Shown one piece after another: positions 47,738 through 57,940 of a DNA stretch of 64,000 bases. Position 1 is the first letter of the stretch. Each line of letters begins with the position of its first letter. The translations under genes were made by a program, and so were the position numbers. The notes under the pieces were generated by a model, which was not told the DNA's origin, made no database searches, and worked only from the letters and a program-made list of their open reading frames with translations. This DNA comes from Candidatus Aenigmatarchaeota archaeon. GTDB taxonomy: Archaea > Aenigmatarchaeota > Aenigmatarchaeia > QMZP01 > QMZT01. The stretch spans positions 32,001-96,000 of the forward strand of contig JAPLVC010000007.1 in assembly GCA_026397315.1 (NCBI GenBank), given 5' to 3'.

Positions 47738-48043
47738 ATGAAAATGTTCGTTTCGATATTTTTTGCTATTTTTGTCATTTTGGTGGTGTCATCATCAGGA
47801 TGCATTAATTCTGCGTATGAAGGTACATTACTGTATCAGAAAGCGGACGCCAACAAATGTGAAGCGTATTACATAGTAATCAAAGAAAAGCCATATGAGA
47901 TAAACACAACTTTGGTTGGTGATTTGGATGATTATGTCAACAAGAGTGTTAGGATCAGGGGTGAATTGATTACTCGCACAGCGCTGAAAAAATGCTTATT
48001 TGAAACCACGATTAACGCAGCTGATATTCAGCTTATTGATTAA
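47738..48043 (+). CDS. Putative lipoprotein (low GC)
   Basis: Signal peptide ending SSSGC lipobox. Confidence 0.6.
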   Translation: MKMFVSIFFAIFVILVVSSSGCINSAYEGTLLYQKADANKCEAYYIVIKEKPYEINTTLVGDLDDYVNKSVRIRGELITRTALKKCLFETTINAADIQLID

Positions 48044-48118
48044 ACAGATTCTGGTTCATACTTATATTTCATCGGATATCAGGACTTCCTGCAAGGCAAT
48101 GTTAAGTTCTGTTAAAAA

Positions 48119-50044
48119 TCATTTACTTTCTTTATGCTTGTTTATTGCTATGCGCAACTCGCTCATTACGACCGTGGTGTCTATCTTGCCGCGGACCTGC
48201 TGCATGACCAGGCCGAGAAGAATCTTTTCCCCGCGCTCGTCGCCGATCAGCTCGCTGTTTTTGTCAAGCGTCTTGATGATAATGAGTTTCAGATCTTCGA
48301 TAGTCAGTTCGATTATCTTCGTCTTGCGGATCGCCTGCTCTGCCGATAATTCCGGCTCTTTCGCAATCGCTTTCAGCACGTCTGGAATCGCTTCCTTCGC
48401 CAGTTTGCCATCCTTCAACTTATTTAATATTTCCGAGAAATGGTGCTCTTCGAGCTTCTCGACAGCGACACCGCTTCTTTTTAGATACGGTAGTGTAGAA
48501 ATCAAAATTGTAGAAACTATTTTTGGGTCATAACCATCATCTATAAGTTTCTCGAAAAGTTTATGCTTACCAGATTTTATAATTTGTTTTAATATCTCGT
48601 CGCTTATCTTTAGTTTTTTGACTGATGCACCATCTTTAATCTGTAGTTTTTCTGTTAGATTCAACGTTATCCTTTTGCCTTTATCCTCTAAAAGTTCCGG
48701 TAGATTTTTTCTTATCGCGGCCAGCCTGGCGTGCGTTATCCTTATGGGCGGCACGTCGGTTTCCGGGTAAAGTCTCGCCGCTCCGGGCAGCGGGCGCATG
48801 TATTCCGTCTCGCCTGTGTCGAGCGCTTTCCTCACTTCCGTCGGAACGCCGACAACGAGCTGGTTTATGCGCTCTGCGACAATAGCCATTGTCTTCTCGA
48901 CTGCTTTTTCCTCACCAACCGCTATTATCAGAGTGTCTCCATGGCCGGCTTTCATTTCATGCCTCAGCTTCTCGAAATCCTTCGTTAGTTTATACTTCTC
49001 CAGCTCTTCGTCGCTGTGGATTATGCCTTTCATTTCCGATTTCGCCCTCACGTAATTGGCTACTTCATTGCCCAGCGTGCGTGTAGGCGTAATCTGCCTT
49101 TTCAAATAACCAGCGAAATCAGGGACGAGTATCGCGTACGTGGTCTTGTCTTTCGTTATCTTGGACTCTGAATCCTTGAAAATATGGGATACATGAACGA
49201 CTTTCGGCTTGACTGGTTTGAAGCCTGCCTTATGCAGATCCTTCTTTATCTCAATCAGACTCGCCTGCCTGAGCGCCTCGTTCTCAACGAATTTAGGAAT
49301 CATGCGCAGCTCCTGCGCGCCCTTTATCTCCACTCGCGCGCCGCCCTCTATCGATACGTTTACGTCTTGGCGGATCGTGCCGAGGCCGCGCTTCACCTTT
49401 TCAGTCGAGCGGACTATCATGCCCAGCATCTCAGCGACCTCGCGCGCTTGTTCCGGCGTGCGTATGTCGGGCGACGTCCCAATCTCGACGAGCGGGATGC
49501 CAAGCCTGTCGAGGCCGTAGAACACGCGATTTCCATCGCGCCCCATTATCTGGCAGCTTTCCTCCTCAAGGCAGATGTTCTCGATGCCCACTTCACCGAA
49601 GCTCGTCTTCATCTTGCCGCGGAGTCCGGCGACCGACGTCCGCTGGAAGCCGGAAGTGTTCGAACCGTCGAGGACCGTTTTTCTCATCACGTGTATTTCC
49701 TCAGGCACTTCGCATTTCAGCATCTCGGCCACGGTAAGGACGATATCTAACGCTTCCGAATTCATGTTGCCCGGAGGCTCCTCGTCCAGCTCGATAAGGC
49801 AGGACTCTTCGGGATAAACCCGGTAGACGAATTCGACCCCTTTCGCGACCTCTCCCAGCGCGGCGATGTCTATCTCGCCCGTTTCACCGGCGACGACGCG
49901 CAGCTTGCGCGCTACCTCCAGCGACGGCTTCGCTTCGGAGAAGCGCGACCTGCACATGCAGAACAGCTTGTGTTGAGTCTCGAGCTGTTGGTGAATCTCG
50001 ATGCCGCATTTCAGCCCGAGCTTTGAATAATCGAGTTCACTCAT
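48119..50044 (-). CDS. gatE: Glu-tRNA(Gln) amidotransferase subunit E
   Basis: GIEIHQQL, DGSNTSGFQRT, RGLGTIRQDVNVS, RLYPETD. Confidence 0.96.
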   Translation of the reverse strand: MSELDYSKLGLKCGIEIHQQLETQHKLFCMCRSRFSEAKPSLEVARKLRVVAGETGEIDIAALGEVAKGVEFVYRVYPEESCLIELDEEPPGNMNSEALDIVLTVAEMLKCEVPEEIHVMRKTVLDGSNTSGFQRTSVAGLRGKMKTSFGEVGIENICLEEESCQIMGRDGNRVFYGLDRLGIPLVEIGTSPDIRTPEQAREVAEMLGMIVRSTEKVKRGLGTIRQDVNVSIEGGARVEIKGAQELRMIPKFVENEALRQASLIEIKKDLHKAGFKPVKPKVVHVSHIFKDSESKITKDKTTYAILVPDFAGYLKRQITPTRTLGNEVANYVRAKSEMKGIIHSDEELEKYKLTKDFEKLRHEMKAGHGDTLIIAVGEEKAVEKTMAIVAERINQLVVGVPTEVRKALDTGETEYMRPLPGAARLYPETDVPPIRITHARLAAIRKNLPELLEDKGKRITLNLTEKLQIKDGASVKKLKISDEILKQIIKSGKHKLFEKLIDDGYDPKIVSTILISTLPYLKRSGVAVEKLEEHHFSEILNKLKDGKLAKEAIPDVLKAIAKEPELSAEQAIRKTKIIELTIEDLKLIIIKTLDKNSELIGDERGEKILLGLVMQQVRGKIDTTVVMSELRIAINKHKESK

Positions 50045-51413
50045 TCAATCCCTCTGCAGAAAAAGCATCCGCCTGCGTGCGCGGTGTGATTTCACCCGCG
50101 TAGCTGGTAAGCATCATTTCCCTGATTTTCTCCATGCTCTTTGTTTTTCCCAGAACCCACATAAGCTTGACGTACGCCGTCTCGCTGGTCATGTCTTCAC
50201 CGGGAATGGCTTTCGCTTCTGTGAACAATTTGCGCAGGTTCGTGTAAACATAAGGATTGACGCGACCGAATATCGTCTGGGACGTGATGACAAAAGGGAT
50301 AGTCTCGGCATGCTTTCCTATGGCGAGCGTCCACGGCTTCTTAGCCACGTCCGTCGGCACGTGGCCCATGCCCGTCCCTTCGATCACGAAGCCCTTGACG
50401 CCGTTCTTGACGTGGAAATCGATTACTTTCGGGTCCGCGCCTGGATAGACTTTCAGCAGCGCTACCTCGGGTTCGATCTTCGCATCCACTTCCACGTGTT
50501 TTTTGTCATCCCTCTTCCTGTAATTTTTGTTTAGTATCTCAACCCTGCCGCTGTGATAAATTTTAGCCAGCGCCGGCTCGTTTATGGGTCGGAAAGCGTC
50601 TCGCCTGGTCGTGTGCATCTTGCGCACCTTCGTGCCGCGGATGAAATGGCAGTAGTCGTCGCTCGTGCTGCCGTGCATGCAAGTCCCGACCTCGGCGATG
50701 TCCGACACGGCAACGTGGGCTGCGCAAATGAGATTCATGCCCGCGTCGCTGGAACCGCGGTCGCTTGACCTCTGCGCCCCGACGAGCACGACTGGTTTGT
50801 GCAGGTTCTGCAGGAAGAATGAAAGCGCGGCCGCAGTGTAGTGAAGCGTGTCGGTGCCGTGCGTGATTATCACGCCTTTTTTGCCCGCGTTCAGCTCTTT
50901 CGCCACTTCTCTCGCCAGGTGCTGCCAGTCCTCCGGGTCGAGGTCTTCGCTCATCTTCTTCATGGGCGAGAACATTTCGAGATTGACAATATGGGAAAGC
51001 TCCGGAATGTTGTGCAGCAGCTCCTTCGGGTTCTCGACGGCGTATACGCCGCCAGTCCTGTAGTCGACGCGCGAGGCAATCGTCCCTCCCGTCGAAATGA
51101 GAGCGACGTGCGGCTTGTTTGCATCGAAAGCGATCTCAAGCAGCTCTTTGCTAGTCCTGCCAAATTCGTACTTCGCTTCATCAGCGACGTCTTTTGGCTC
51201 CCTGATATGAGACCTGGATATATTTGCATCCGTTATGTCGATGCCTATGTTGTAGCCGCTGTCCAGTTTTACCAGAACCGTTTTCTCGTCGCCGTGAGAC
51301 GTTTTCGGCATGAGCAGGCCCTCGTAGCTCTTGCTTCCCTTTTCCACGAGAATCCTGTCGCCGACGCTTATTTTGCCGTGGTCCAGAATTTTCTGTATTT
51401 CATGGGAATACAT
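50037..51413 (-). CDS. gatD: Glu-tRNA(Gln) amidotransferase subunit D
   Basis: KLDSGYNIG, TGGTIAS, HGTDT, GAQRSSDR. Confidence 0.96.
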   Translation of the reverse strand: MYSHEIQKILDHGKISVGDRILVEKGSKSYEGLLMPKTSHGDEKTVLVKLDSGYNIGIDITDANISRSHIREPKDVADEAKYEFGRTSKELLEIAFDANKPHVALISTGGTIASRVDYRTGGVYAVENPKELLHNIPELSHIVNLEMFSPMKKMSEDLDPEDWQHLAREVAKELNAGKKGVIITHGTDTLHYTAAALSFFLQNLHKPVVLVGAQRSSDRGSSDAGMNLICAAHVAVSDIAEVGTCMHGSTSDDYCHFIRGTKVRKMHTTRRDAFRPINEPALAKIYHSGRVEILNKNYRKRDDKKHVEVDAKIEPEVALLKVYPGADPKVIDFHVKNGVKGFVIEGTGMGHVPTDVAKKPWTLAIGKHAETIPFVITSQTIFGRVNPYVYTNLRKLFTEAKAIPGEDMTSETAYVKLMWVLGKTKSMEKIREMMLTSYAGEITPRTQADAFSAEGLNE

Positions 51414-51459
51414 AATTAGATATTGCGCGCGCCGGATTAAAATATTATTTTATTTAAAA

Positions 51460-52335
51460 TCACAGAGGACGCGCCGCTTTTAGATCTCTATAATGGTTTA
51501 CATAGCCTTCTCTGCCGCCTAAAGTGGAACGTTCTGCCGCTTGAATTGCCTCCCTGTATTTTCCCATATCAGATAGACAAAGTGAAAGACGATAAAACGC
51601 TGGCATGTTCAAATCATCCAATTCCGTTGCTTTTTTGAAAAACCTGGCGGCCGTTTTATAATTTTTTTTATTGTCCCAATAAACGCCTACTTTAAAATAG
51701 ATGTTTGCCAGAAGCTGGTCGTTGCTCAGCGGCAAGTCAAAAATTCCATTCGAAAGTTCTTTTTGCGTATATTCATTTACGTCTTTAGTTGGCGCACCAA
51801 AAAATCCGCCGTTTGATTGAAAATTAAATTGATTTCCGTCTTTGTCAATATATCTCACGTAAAAATGTGATTCACTTTTACCTCTACATCTGACACCATA
51901 CAACCACATGCCTTCAATGTCGGCAAGATCGAGATAAAGATACGAAGATGTATCGCAATCGAGAGCGTTTTTTTTAAACCCTTCGGAAAGCATAAGGATA
52001 TCCGCATCATCCGGGTTGAAAACGAAATTGAATGGTTTATCTTTCAGTATGTTGTATATGACGGGTAGGTTTTCTGGCCCTATATCCGGCTTGTATTTCT
52101 CATGAAAAACTTTTCTGAGCCTGTGCAGCTTTTCAACCGCTCCATGATAGTCAAAGTCATAATCTGTGCATGTTCGCTCAATGTAAAGCGTTTTCTCGCC
52201 AAAACCGTTTAAATTATTCAAGAAGGAGTCATTCATGACCGATGCCCTATCGCCGCGTGTGCTGAGCATGTCAAATCCCAAAGCAGCTCCGCCCGCCAGC
52301 TTCAATGCGGTCCCTATGAAATTTCTCCTTTTCAT
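51460..52335 (-). CDS. Tat-like signal, transglutaminase-like (SirB1/Transglut_core2-like) and TPR protein, copy 2
   Basis: MKRRNFIG; LDCDTSSYLY; HFYVRY; C-terminal TPRs. Confidence 0.7.
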   Translation of the reverse strand: MKRRNFIGTALKLAGGAALGFDMLSTRGDRASVMNDSFLNNLNGFGEKTLYIERTCTDYDFDYHGAVEKLHRLRKVFHEKYKPDIGPENLPVIYNILKDKPFNFVFNPDDADILMLSEGFKKNALDCDTSSYLYLDLADIEGMWLYGVRCRGKSESHFYVRYIDKDGNQFNFQSNGGFFGAPTKDVNEYTQKELSNGIFDLPLSNDQLLANIYFKVGVYWDNKKNYKTAARFFKKATELDDLNMPAFYRLSLCLSDMGKYREAIQAAERSTLGGREGYVNHYRDLKAARPL

Positions 52336-53330
52336 CGAGAATACGATTGCGGCAAGTCTTTTAACCGGTGATTGTACTGTAAAAATTGCCTTATCTGGGG
52401 CCGTAAGCCATATTAGCGATGCGATACAGTCGGATGTAATTTTTGACAAATTCTGGTCTGCGTCCAAGCGTGGATTTGGCCGCGGCTTCAAGGGCTTCAC
52501 CATATTCCTCTGCATTTTCCAAAGACACGGAAAGCATGAAATGCGCGTTCACGTTTCTTCTATCCAATTCTGCCGCTTTTTTGAAAAACCCGGCGGCCTT
52601 CCTGTAGCATTCCGTGTTGCCAAAGCCCGCCCAGTTCAAACCTATGTTATAGTAAATCTCAGAAACGCATTCCCGCCTGCTCAGCGTTCTTCGATAAACG
52701 CCGCATTTCACTTCTTTTTTCGCGGGCGAATTCATTTCCGCTTTTGTCGGCGAACCGGGCGGTCCCGCCCATCCAAAATATCCCCGATTGGATTGATAGT
52801 CTTCATATCCGCCGCCGTAATTAATCCATCTTATGTGAAAATGCTGCCCTTTGGTGCCTCTCGTTTTCACGCCAAAAACGGGCATGTGTTCGATATCGGC
52901 GACGTCAAGGTACAAAAAGCTGCTGGTATCGCAATCGAGCATCCCTTTTTCAAAACCTTCGCTCAGAAGAAGCACTCCATCTTCACTACCGTTGAAAACA
53001 AAGCTGAAAGGCTTTTCCCGGAGGGTCCTGTAAATCGTGTGGAGGTTTTTCGAACCGATGTGCGGGTCATACCTCTTGTGTATGACGTCTCTGAATCTTG
53101 ACAGTTTATCCATTGCAGCATCGAAAACGAACTCACGCGGCGTGTTTCGTTTTTCAAGGGCAATTGCGTTCTCCGCGAACCCTTTCGCGCCGCTCTCATA
53201 AATGCCGGTTTCTGCATCGCGGCCGTAGCTTCCTATGGAAGGGAGCGCTAAAGACGCGGCGGCTAAAGCCACATCTTTTATGAAATTTCTCCTATTCATC
53301 GAAAATACGGTTGCGGCAAGTTTTTTAACG
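52315..53330. repeat. Imperfect ~50-bp direct repeat (52315-52366 and 53279-53330) covering promoter and start of the two paralogs
   Basis: TATGAAATTTCTCCT(T/A)TTCATCGA(G/A)AATACG(A/G)TTGCGGCAAGT(C/T)TTTTAAC. Confidence 0.8.
52391..53299 (-). CDS. Tat-like signal, transglutaminase-like and TPR protein, copy 1
   Basis: MNRRNFIK; LDCDTSSFLY; HFHIRW; TPRs; clear paralog of neighbour. Confidence 0.7.
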   Translation of the reverse strand: MNRRNFIKDVALAAASLALPSIGSYGRDAETGIYESGAKGFAENAIALEKRNTPREFVFDAAMDKLSRFRDVIHKRYDPHIGSKNLHTIYRTLREKPFSFVFNGSEDGVLLLSEGFEKGMLDCDTSSFLYLDVADIEHMPVFGVKTRGTKGQHFHIRWINYGGGYEDYQSNRGYFGWAGPPGSPTKAEMNSPAKKEVKCGVYRRTLSRRECVSEIYYNIGLNWAGFGNTECYRKAAGFFKKAAELDRRNVNAHFMLSVSLENAEEYGEALEAAAKSTLGRRPEFVKNYIRLYRIANMAYGPR

Positions 53331-53351
53331 GATGTTTGTGCTAGAAACCGG

Positions 53352-54902
53352 CTAGAAGTCCATTATTTTCAGCTGGCCGCGCTTCGGCTTTCTCGCACCA
53401 GAAGACTCTTCCTTCATCTCGTGCAGAGTGCGCTTCATTACGCCCTCTTTCTTCTGCGCGGTCCAGTAATACGCCTCGTCGCGCGTGCGCCTGGCGATGA
53501 GTATGACTATCCTGCCGACCTTCGTTCGTCCCACTCGTCCGCGCCGCTGTATCGAACGTATCTCGGAAGGCACGGGCTCGTAGAAAATAGCCAGTTCCAT
53601 TTCCGGGATATCGATACCTTCTTCTCCGATCGAGGTCGTGACCAGCACGTTGTATGTGCCTTCCTTGAAGTCCTGTATGCGCTGCTTCTGCTCGAGCTGG
53701 GACATTCCCTCCTTCTGCCCCATGAACTCGCCCGGCACCGCGCCTTCGACTGAAGCGAGCGACTTCACGATCTCCCTGACCATTTCCCTGTAATTCGCGA
53801 ATATGATGATTTTGGAATCGGGCTTGCCGCGCAGCTGGCTGCTGACGAGCTCGCTGAGCTTGCCGATTTTGGGGTGCTTCCTTCCATCGGCCTCGAGCGC
53901 CTGGGCGAGCTCCATCGCTTTCTCGACCTTCTTGTCGCGCAATACGCTTTTCGACGACCTGGCCTTGTCCGACGACAGCTTCCTGAAGTAATTCCATAGC
54001 GACGTTATGCCCTGCGTTTCCAGAAGGCCCAGCGCGTGCTCGATTTTTATGGCCTGCGCTACCAGCGAGACGCCCCAGAACTTCGTGTAGTCATGCGTCG
54101 GGCTCTGCATCAATTTTTGTTGTAACATTAGCAGGTCGCGCTTGCTTATGATGCCGACGGGCTTCCTGAAGCCGACCTTGTGCAGTTTTTCGAGCCTTTC
54201 CATGTACGCGCGCTTGAGCGAATCGCGCAATCCCAAAAAATCGTCGGGCAGATCGACGTATACCCATTCCATCTTTTTCTCCTGAACCCACGACTCGACG
54301 TCATCGTCGCTCTCGGTGCGTATCTCCACGTCGCGTATGCCGAGGTTGTCCATTATCTCCTTTATCTTTGCTTTCGTCCCGCCAGGCGATGCCGTCAGTC
54401 CGAGTATCCTCTTGTTCTTAGCCTGTTCCGCATACGCCTTGGCTATGAACGGATAAGCGTAGTCGCCAATCGAATGGTGCGCTTCATCGAAGACGAGGAG
54501 CGAAAAATCGGCGAGGTTTATGCGCCCCTCGGTCAGGTCGTTCTCTATCGTCTGAGGCGTGGCGAATATGATGCTTGCGCTTTTGTAAACCTCCTGCCTG
54601 CTCTCGGGCTTCATCTTGCCCGTGACCAGCACGAACGCTTCATCGGGCAGATCTATCACGCGCCTGAAAGAATGCAGATGCTGCTCGGTCAGCGGCCTTG
54701 TCGGAGCCATGACCAGAACTTTCGAGCCGGGGAACTTCTGCAGCCGGAATACCGCCAGCACTATCGCTATGGGAGTCTTGCCCAATCCCGTTGGCAATAC
54801 GCAGAGCAGGTCGCTAGCGACTGCGCGGCCGAGTATCGCTTCCTGATACAGGCGCGACTCAAGCGTGTCCTTCTTTATCATCACATGCTCGATGAAAGCC
54901 AT
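53352..54902 (-). CDS. Hef/FANCM(Mph1)-like SF2 helicase without ERCC4 nuclease domain
   Basis: SRLYQ, LPTGLGKT, DEAH, TASPG, IQRRGRVGR. Confidence 0.9.
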   Translation of the reverse strand: MAFIEHVMIKKDTLESRLYQEAILGRAVASDLLCVLPTGLGKTPIAIVLAVFRLQKFPGSKVLVMAPTRPLTEQHLHSFRRVIDLPDEAFVLVTGKMKPESRQEVYKSASIIFATPQTIENDLTEGRINLADFSLLVFDEAHHSIGDYAYPFIAKAYAEQAKNKRILGLTASPGGTKAKIKEIMDNLGIRDVEIRTESDDDVESWVQEKKMEWVYVDLPDDFLGLRDSLKRAYMERLEKLHKVGFRKPVGIISKRDLLMLQQKLMQSPTHDYTKFWGVSLVAQAIKIEHALGLLETQGITSLWNYFRKLSSDKARSSKSVLRDKKVEKAMELAQALEADGRKHPKIGKLSELVSSQLRGKPDSKIIIFANYREMVREIVKSLASVEGAVPGEFMGQKEGMSQLEQKQRIQDFKEGTYNVLVTTSIGEEGIDIPEMELAIFYEPVPSEIRSIQRRGRVGRTKVGRIVILIARRTRDEAYYWTAQKKEGVMKRTLHEMKEESSGARKPKRGQLKIMDF

Positions 54903-54947
54903 AGTAATAGATTCACCAGAGGCTTATTATTTTAACGAGAATAAAAA

Positions 54948-55859
54948 TCAGCGGCTGAGCCACGGATACGCCTTCTTCACTCTGCGTATGAATTCGCCAT
55001 GCTTGTGCGCGCCGAGTTCCGATATGACGCCGCTAATCATGTCAGGCCGTATGAGCTCGAAACACGGATTCGCTACTTTAACGCCGCGCGGCGCGGCGGG
55101 CCATACTTCCTTCGGACTGCGGCACTCGACTCCTTCCCCTTTTCCGCGCAGGTTGTCTGCATCGTATTTCCACGCGTCGCCGCAAACGTAAAGAGGCAGT
55201 TTGTGTTCGCTAGCGACGGACGCGAACATGCCGGAGCCGATCTTGTTGTATACGCCGTCGCTGGTGAGCGCGTCGAAACCGATGAAAGCAACGTCACATT
55301 TTGCCAGCGCGACGCTCGCAGCAGAATCGACGAAATGCGTGACCTTTATGCCGGCTTTGGACAGCTCTTGTGCCATCTTCCTGCCCTGAAACAACGGCCG
55401 CGCTTCCGTGTTGTAAACCTCGAAGCGCTTGCCCTGCTGCTTCGCTTTTTTGAGTATGCGCATGACCGTCGACGAATGGCAATGGGTGAAAATGATCATG
55501 CCGCTTTTGATTTTTTTAGCGGCTTCTTCAGCTATCGCCTCCTGCGCTTTTTCCATATGGGCCAGCGCCTCTGCGCGGGCACGGCTGAAATCTTTCCTGA
55601 GTTTTACGACGTCTTTGCTGCCAGCCACCAGAGAACTGGTGATGTAATTGAGGGCGTTCCTCATGAGCGGTTCTGTCGGACGGGTGGCGAAAAGCTCGCG
55701 CTTCGAGTTGTCGAGTTCGCACAAAAGTATTCTGCACGATTTGGCTTTCGAATTCGAAAATCTGCATGCCAGCGCCCTGACAGACGCTATAGCAACGCTC
55801 TCCGCGCCCTGGATATTTATGGCCTTTATGTCGCGGACTATCCTCTCGAAATCGTCCAT
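54948..55859 (-). CDS. Ribose-1,5-bisphosphate isomerase / eIF-2B family protein
   Basis: IQGA, TRPTEP, THCHSSTV, EARP..QG, NKIG. Confidence 0.85.
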   Translation of the reverse strand: MDDFERIVRDIKAINIQGAESVAIASVRALACRFSNSKAKSCRILLCELDNSKRELFATRPTEPLMRNALNYITSSLVAGSKDVVKLRKDFSRARAEALAHMEKAQEAIAEEAAKKIKSGMIIFTHCHSSTVMRILKKAKQQGKRFEVYNTEARPLFQGRKMAQELSKAGIKVTHFVDSAASVALAKCDVAFIGFDALTSDGVYNKIGSGMFASVASEHKLPLYVCGDAWKYDADNLRGKGEGVECRSPKEVWPAAPRGVKVANPCFELIRPDMISGVISELGAHKHGEFIRRVKKAYPWLSR

Positions 55860-55891
55860 ATTAAGAAATTGCCGAGCCGGCTTATTACCTT

Positions 55892-56482
55892 TCAATCTTT
55901 GATCTTTGGTTTATCATCTTTCGCCGGCTTGACCTTGAGCCCGATGCTTTGGAGCCGTTTCCTGAAGTTGTTAAGCGCAGTGTTGATGTCCTCGAGGCTG
56001 CGGCCGCCCGTGCAGATTATCTTGCCGGAACCGAACAGCAGGAACGCCGTTCTCGGACTCTTCATCCTGTAAACGAGGCCGGGGAACTGCTCTGGCTCGT
56101 ACTCCACTTCCTCGAGAGACATGGCTATTTCCTCGAGCATGAGCCTCGGCTTGACATCGATTTTCGTCGACGCGACGATGTTCTCGATGGTTATGTTGAA
56201 CTTGGTCGGCATGGCCGTTCCCGTCTTCTTTATGTCCAGAACGATTTTCCTCATGGCTTCTTTCGACATGGCTATGCTTTTCGCTCCGGTGCACACGATT
56301 TTACCGGAAGAGAATATCAGCGCCGCTGCGCGCGGGTCCTTTATCCTGTACACAAGGCCCGGGAACTGCTCTGGCTCGTACTCGGTATTCTCCATCTTTT
56401 CGACGAGCTTGTTGAGCACTATTCTTTTGCCCAAAACGGCAAACGCCACGACGTTTTCGACTTTAATATGAAATTCTACCAT
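55892..56482 (-). CDS. tbp: TATA-box-binding protein
   Basis: Two ENxVA...EYEPEQFPGLVYR...SGKI.CTG repeats. Confidence 0.97.
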   Translation of the reverse strand: MVEFHIKVENVVAFAVLGKRIVLNKLVEKMENTEYEPEQFPGLVYRIKDPRAAALIFSSGKIVCTGAKSIAMSKEAMRKIVLDIKKTGTAMPTKFNITIENIVASTKIDVKPRLMLEEIAMSLEEVEYEPEQFPGLVYRMKSPRTAFLLFGSGKIICTGGRSLEDINTALNNFRKRLQSIGLKVKPAKDDKPKIKD

Positions 56483-56545
56483 AGAAATGCACCTTTAATT
56501 AATTATAGAGCATAAGTCACATAAATACTCTTTATAAACCCCTTC

Positions 56546-57823
56546 TCATTTGCCGTGCCTGAAAAGAAGCTGCTGTTTAGCGTTTTTCTGGGCGCCGCTC
56601 TCCTTCTCCCGGAGCCTGGAAACAAGTTCAATAGCTCTATCGGTTTTCCCTTCAACGAGCAACTCGAACACGCCATCGAACGTCTTCGGGTCGAGGCCTG
56701 CCTTGACTAGGTTCTCGGCAAGTATTTTCCTGCCCATCTCCTCGACCGAGAGCTTATGCTCCTCGAGAGTTTTAGTCGGAAGCGACTCGCTATCGACAGT
56801 CGCCTTTCTTATGGAAAGAATCGCCTTGCCTCCGAACTTCATTTCCATGTCAGGCGCTAGCGTATCCCTGACTTTCCCTTTCAAGTCGATTCTTATGAGC
56901 GGCTTCTTGTCGTGCTTTTCCGCGAGTATTCGCTCCAGTTCCTTCTCGACTGCTTCATGCGTCGGATTCTCGAACGTCCGGACATACGTTTTCCTCTGGT
57001 TTTCCAGCTCGACCCAGTATATGCTCATGCCGTTCGCCTCGAACGTTTTTTTCGCTTTCGGCGCGTCGCTGGTTATGTCGCGCACTGAAGTCTCGGCTAT
57101 CCAGAATCCCTTCGGCTTTTCCGATTCTTCCTTCAGCTGCGTGGGGAAAAGCGAGCCTGAAAGGAGGAACGGCTTTCCCGCATAATCGGCCTGCTTCGCC
57201 TCGTGTATGTGGCCGTTGACATACAAATCGAAGCCCTTCGGCAGTTTATGCATGTCCAGCGTGTGCTGCGCGTAAAGGAACTGCGCGATCGACTGGTGGA
57301 GGACGAATATGTTGAAGCAGCCGTGCTCGGGCGCGGCGCTCCAGTTGGACAATACGCTTTCCGCATACTGGTCAGGCACGCCAGAAAGCCCGTGTATCGC
57401 GATGCGTTCGCCGTCCTTCTCGAATATGACGCCGTTGCAGTGGAGGTAAACCACGAAGCCCGCCTTCTCAAGCGCTTCTACGGGATTCAGCAGTCCTTTG
57501 GTCCGCCGCTCGTGCGTGCCGTGTATCGCGACGATAGGGATGCCCATCAGCGCGGTCTCGGGAACCTTGGAAATGTCCTTGCCGATGCCTTGGATGAGCT
57601 TTATGTCGTTCTGGCGCAGAAGAAGGGGTATCATCAGCTCCATCGCTTTTGTGAGCGTCTCGGCATCCGGGTCGCGCGTGTCGAAGAGGTCGCCCGCGAA
57701 TATCGCCAGGTCGCAGTCCTTCGCTTTATCGACCGCCTCGTGGAAGGCGTCGTACGGGTCATTCGCCCGTTCTCCGCCCGCTCCGTAGCCGAAATGGAAA
57801 TCCGACATTATCGCGATTCTCAT
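56546..57823 (-). CDS. mre11: DNA repair nuclease Mre11
   Basis: SDFHFG, GDLFD, HGTHE, HQ, GHIH, GS. Confidence 0.85.
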   Translation of the reverse strand: MRIAIMSDFHFGYGAGGERANDPYDAFHEAVDKAKDCDLAIFAGDLFDTRDPDAETLTKAMELMIPLLLRQNDIKLIQGIGKDISKVPETALMGIPIVAIHGTHERRTKGLLNPVEALEKAGFVVYLHCNGVIFEKDGERIAIHGLSGVPDQYAESVLSNWSAAPEHGCFNIFVLHQSIAQFLYAQHTLDMHKLPKGFDLYVNGHIHEAKQADYAGKPFLLSGSLFPTQLKEESEKPKGFWIAETSVRDITSDAPKAKKTFEANGMSIYWVELENQRKTYVRTFENPTHEAVEKELERILAEKHDKKPLIRIDLKGKVRDTLAPDMEMKFGGKAILSIRKATVDSESLPTKTLEEHKLSVEEMGRKILAENLVKAGLDPKTFDGVFELLVEGKTDRAIELVSRLREKESGAQKNAKQQLLFRHGK

Positions 57824-57940
57824 GGAATGTATTTGACTCTGTTAATTAAATTTCTGATTTGATAATTGCGGGAAGAAATGCTGGGAAAAGCTGCTTATTT
57901 AAAATTTAACCACAAGAATGAAGAAAGCGGAGGTGTGCTG

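Noticed and set aside
55892-56482. Direct DNA repeat inside tbp
   Set aside because: Expected internal two-fold repeat of TBP.
53352-57823. Hef without nuclease and mre11 without adjacent rad50 as novelties
   Set aside because: Split Hef/XPF and dispersed repair genes are common in archaea; partners may lie outside the window.
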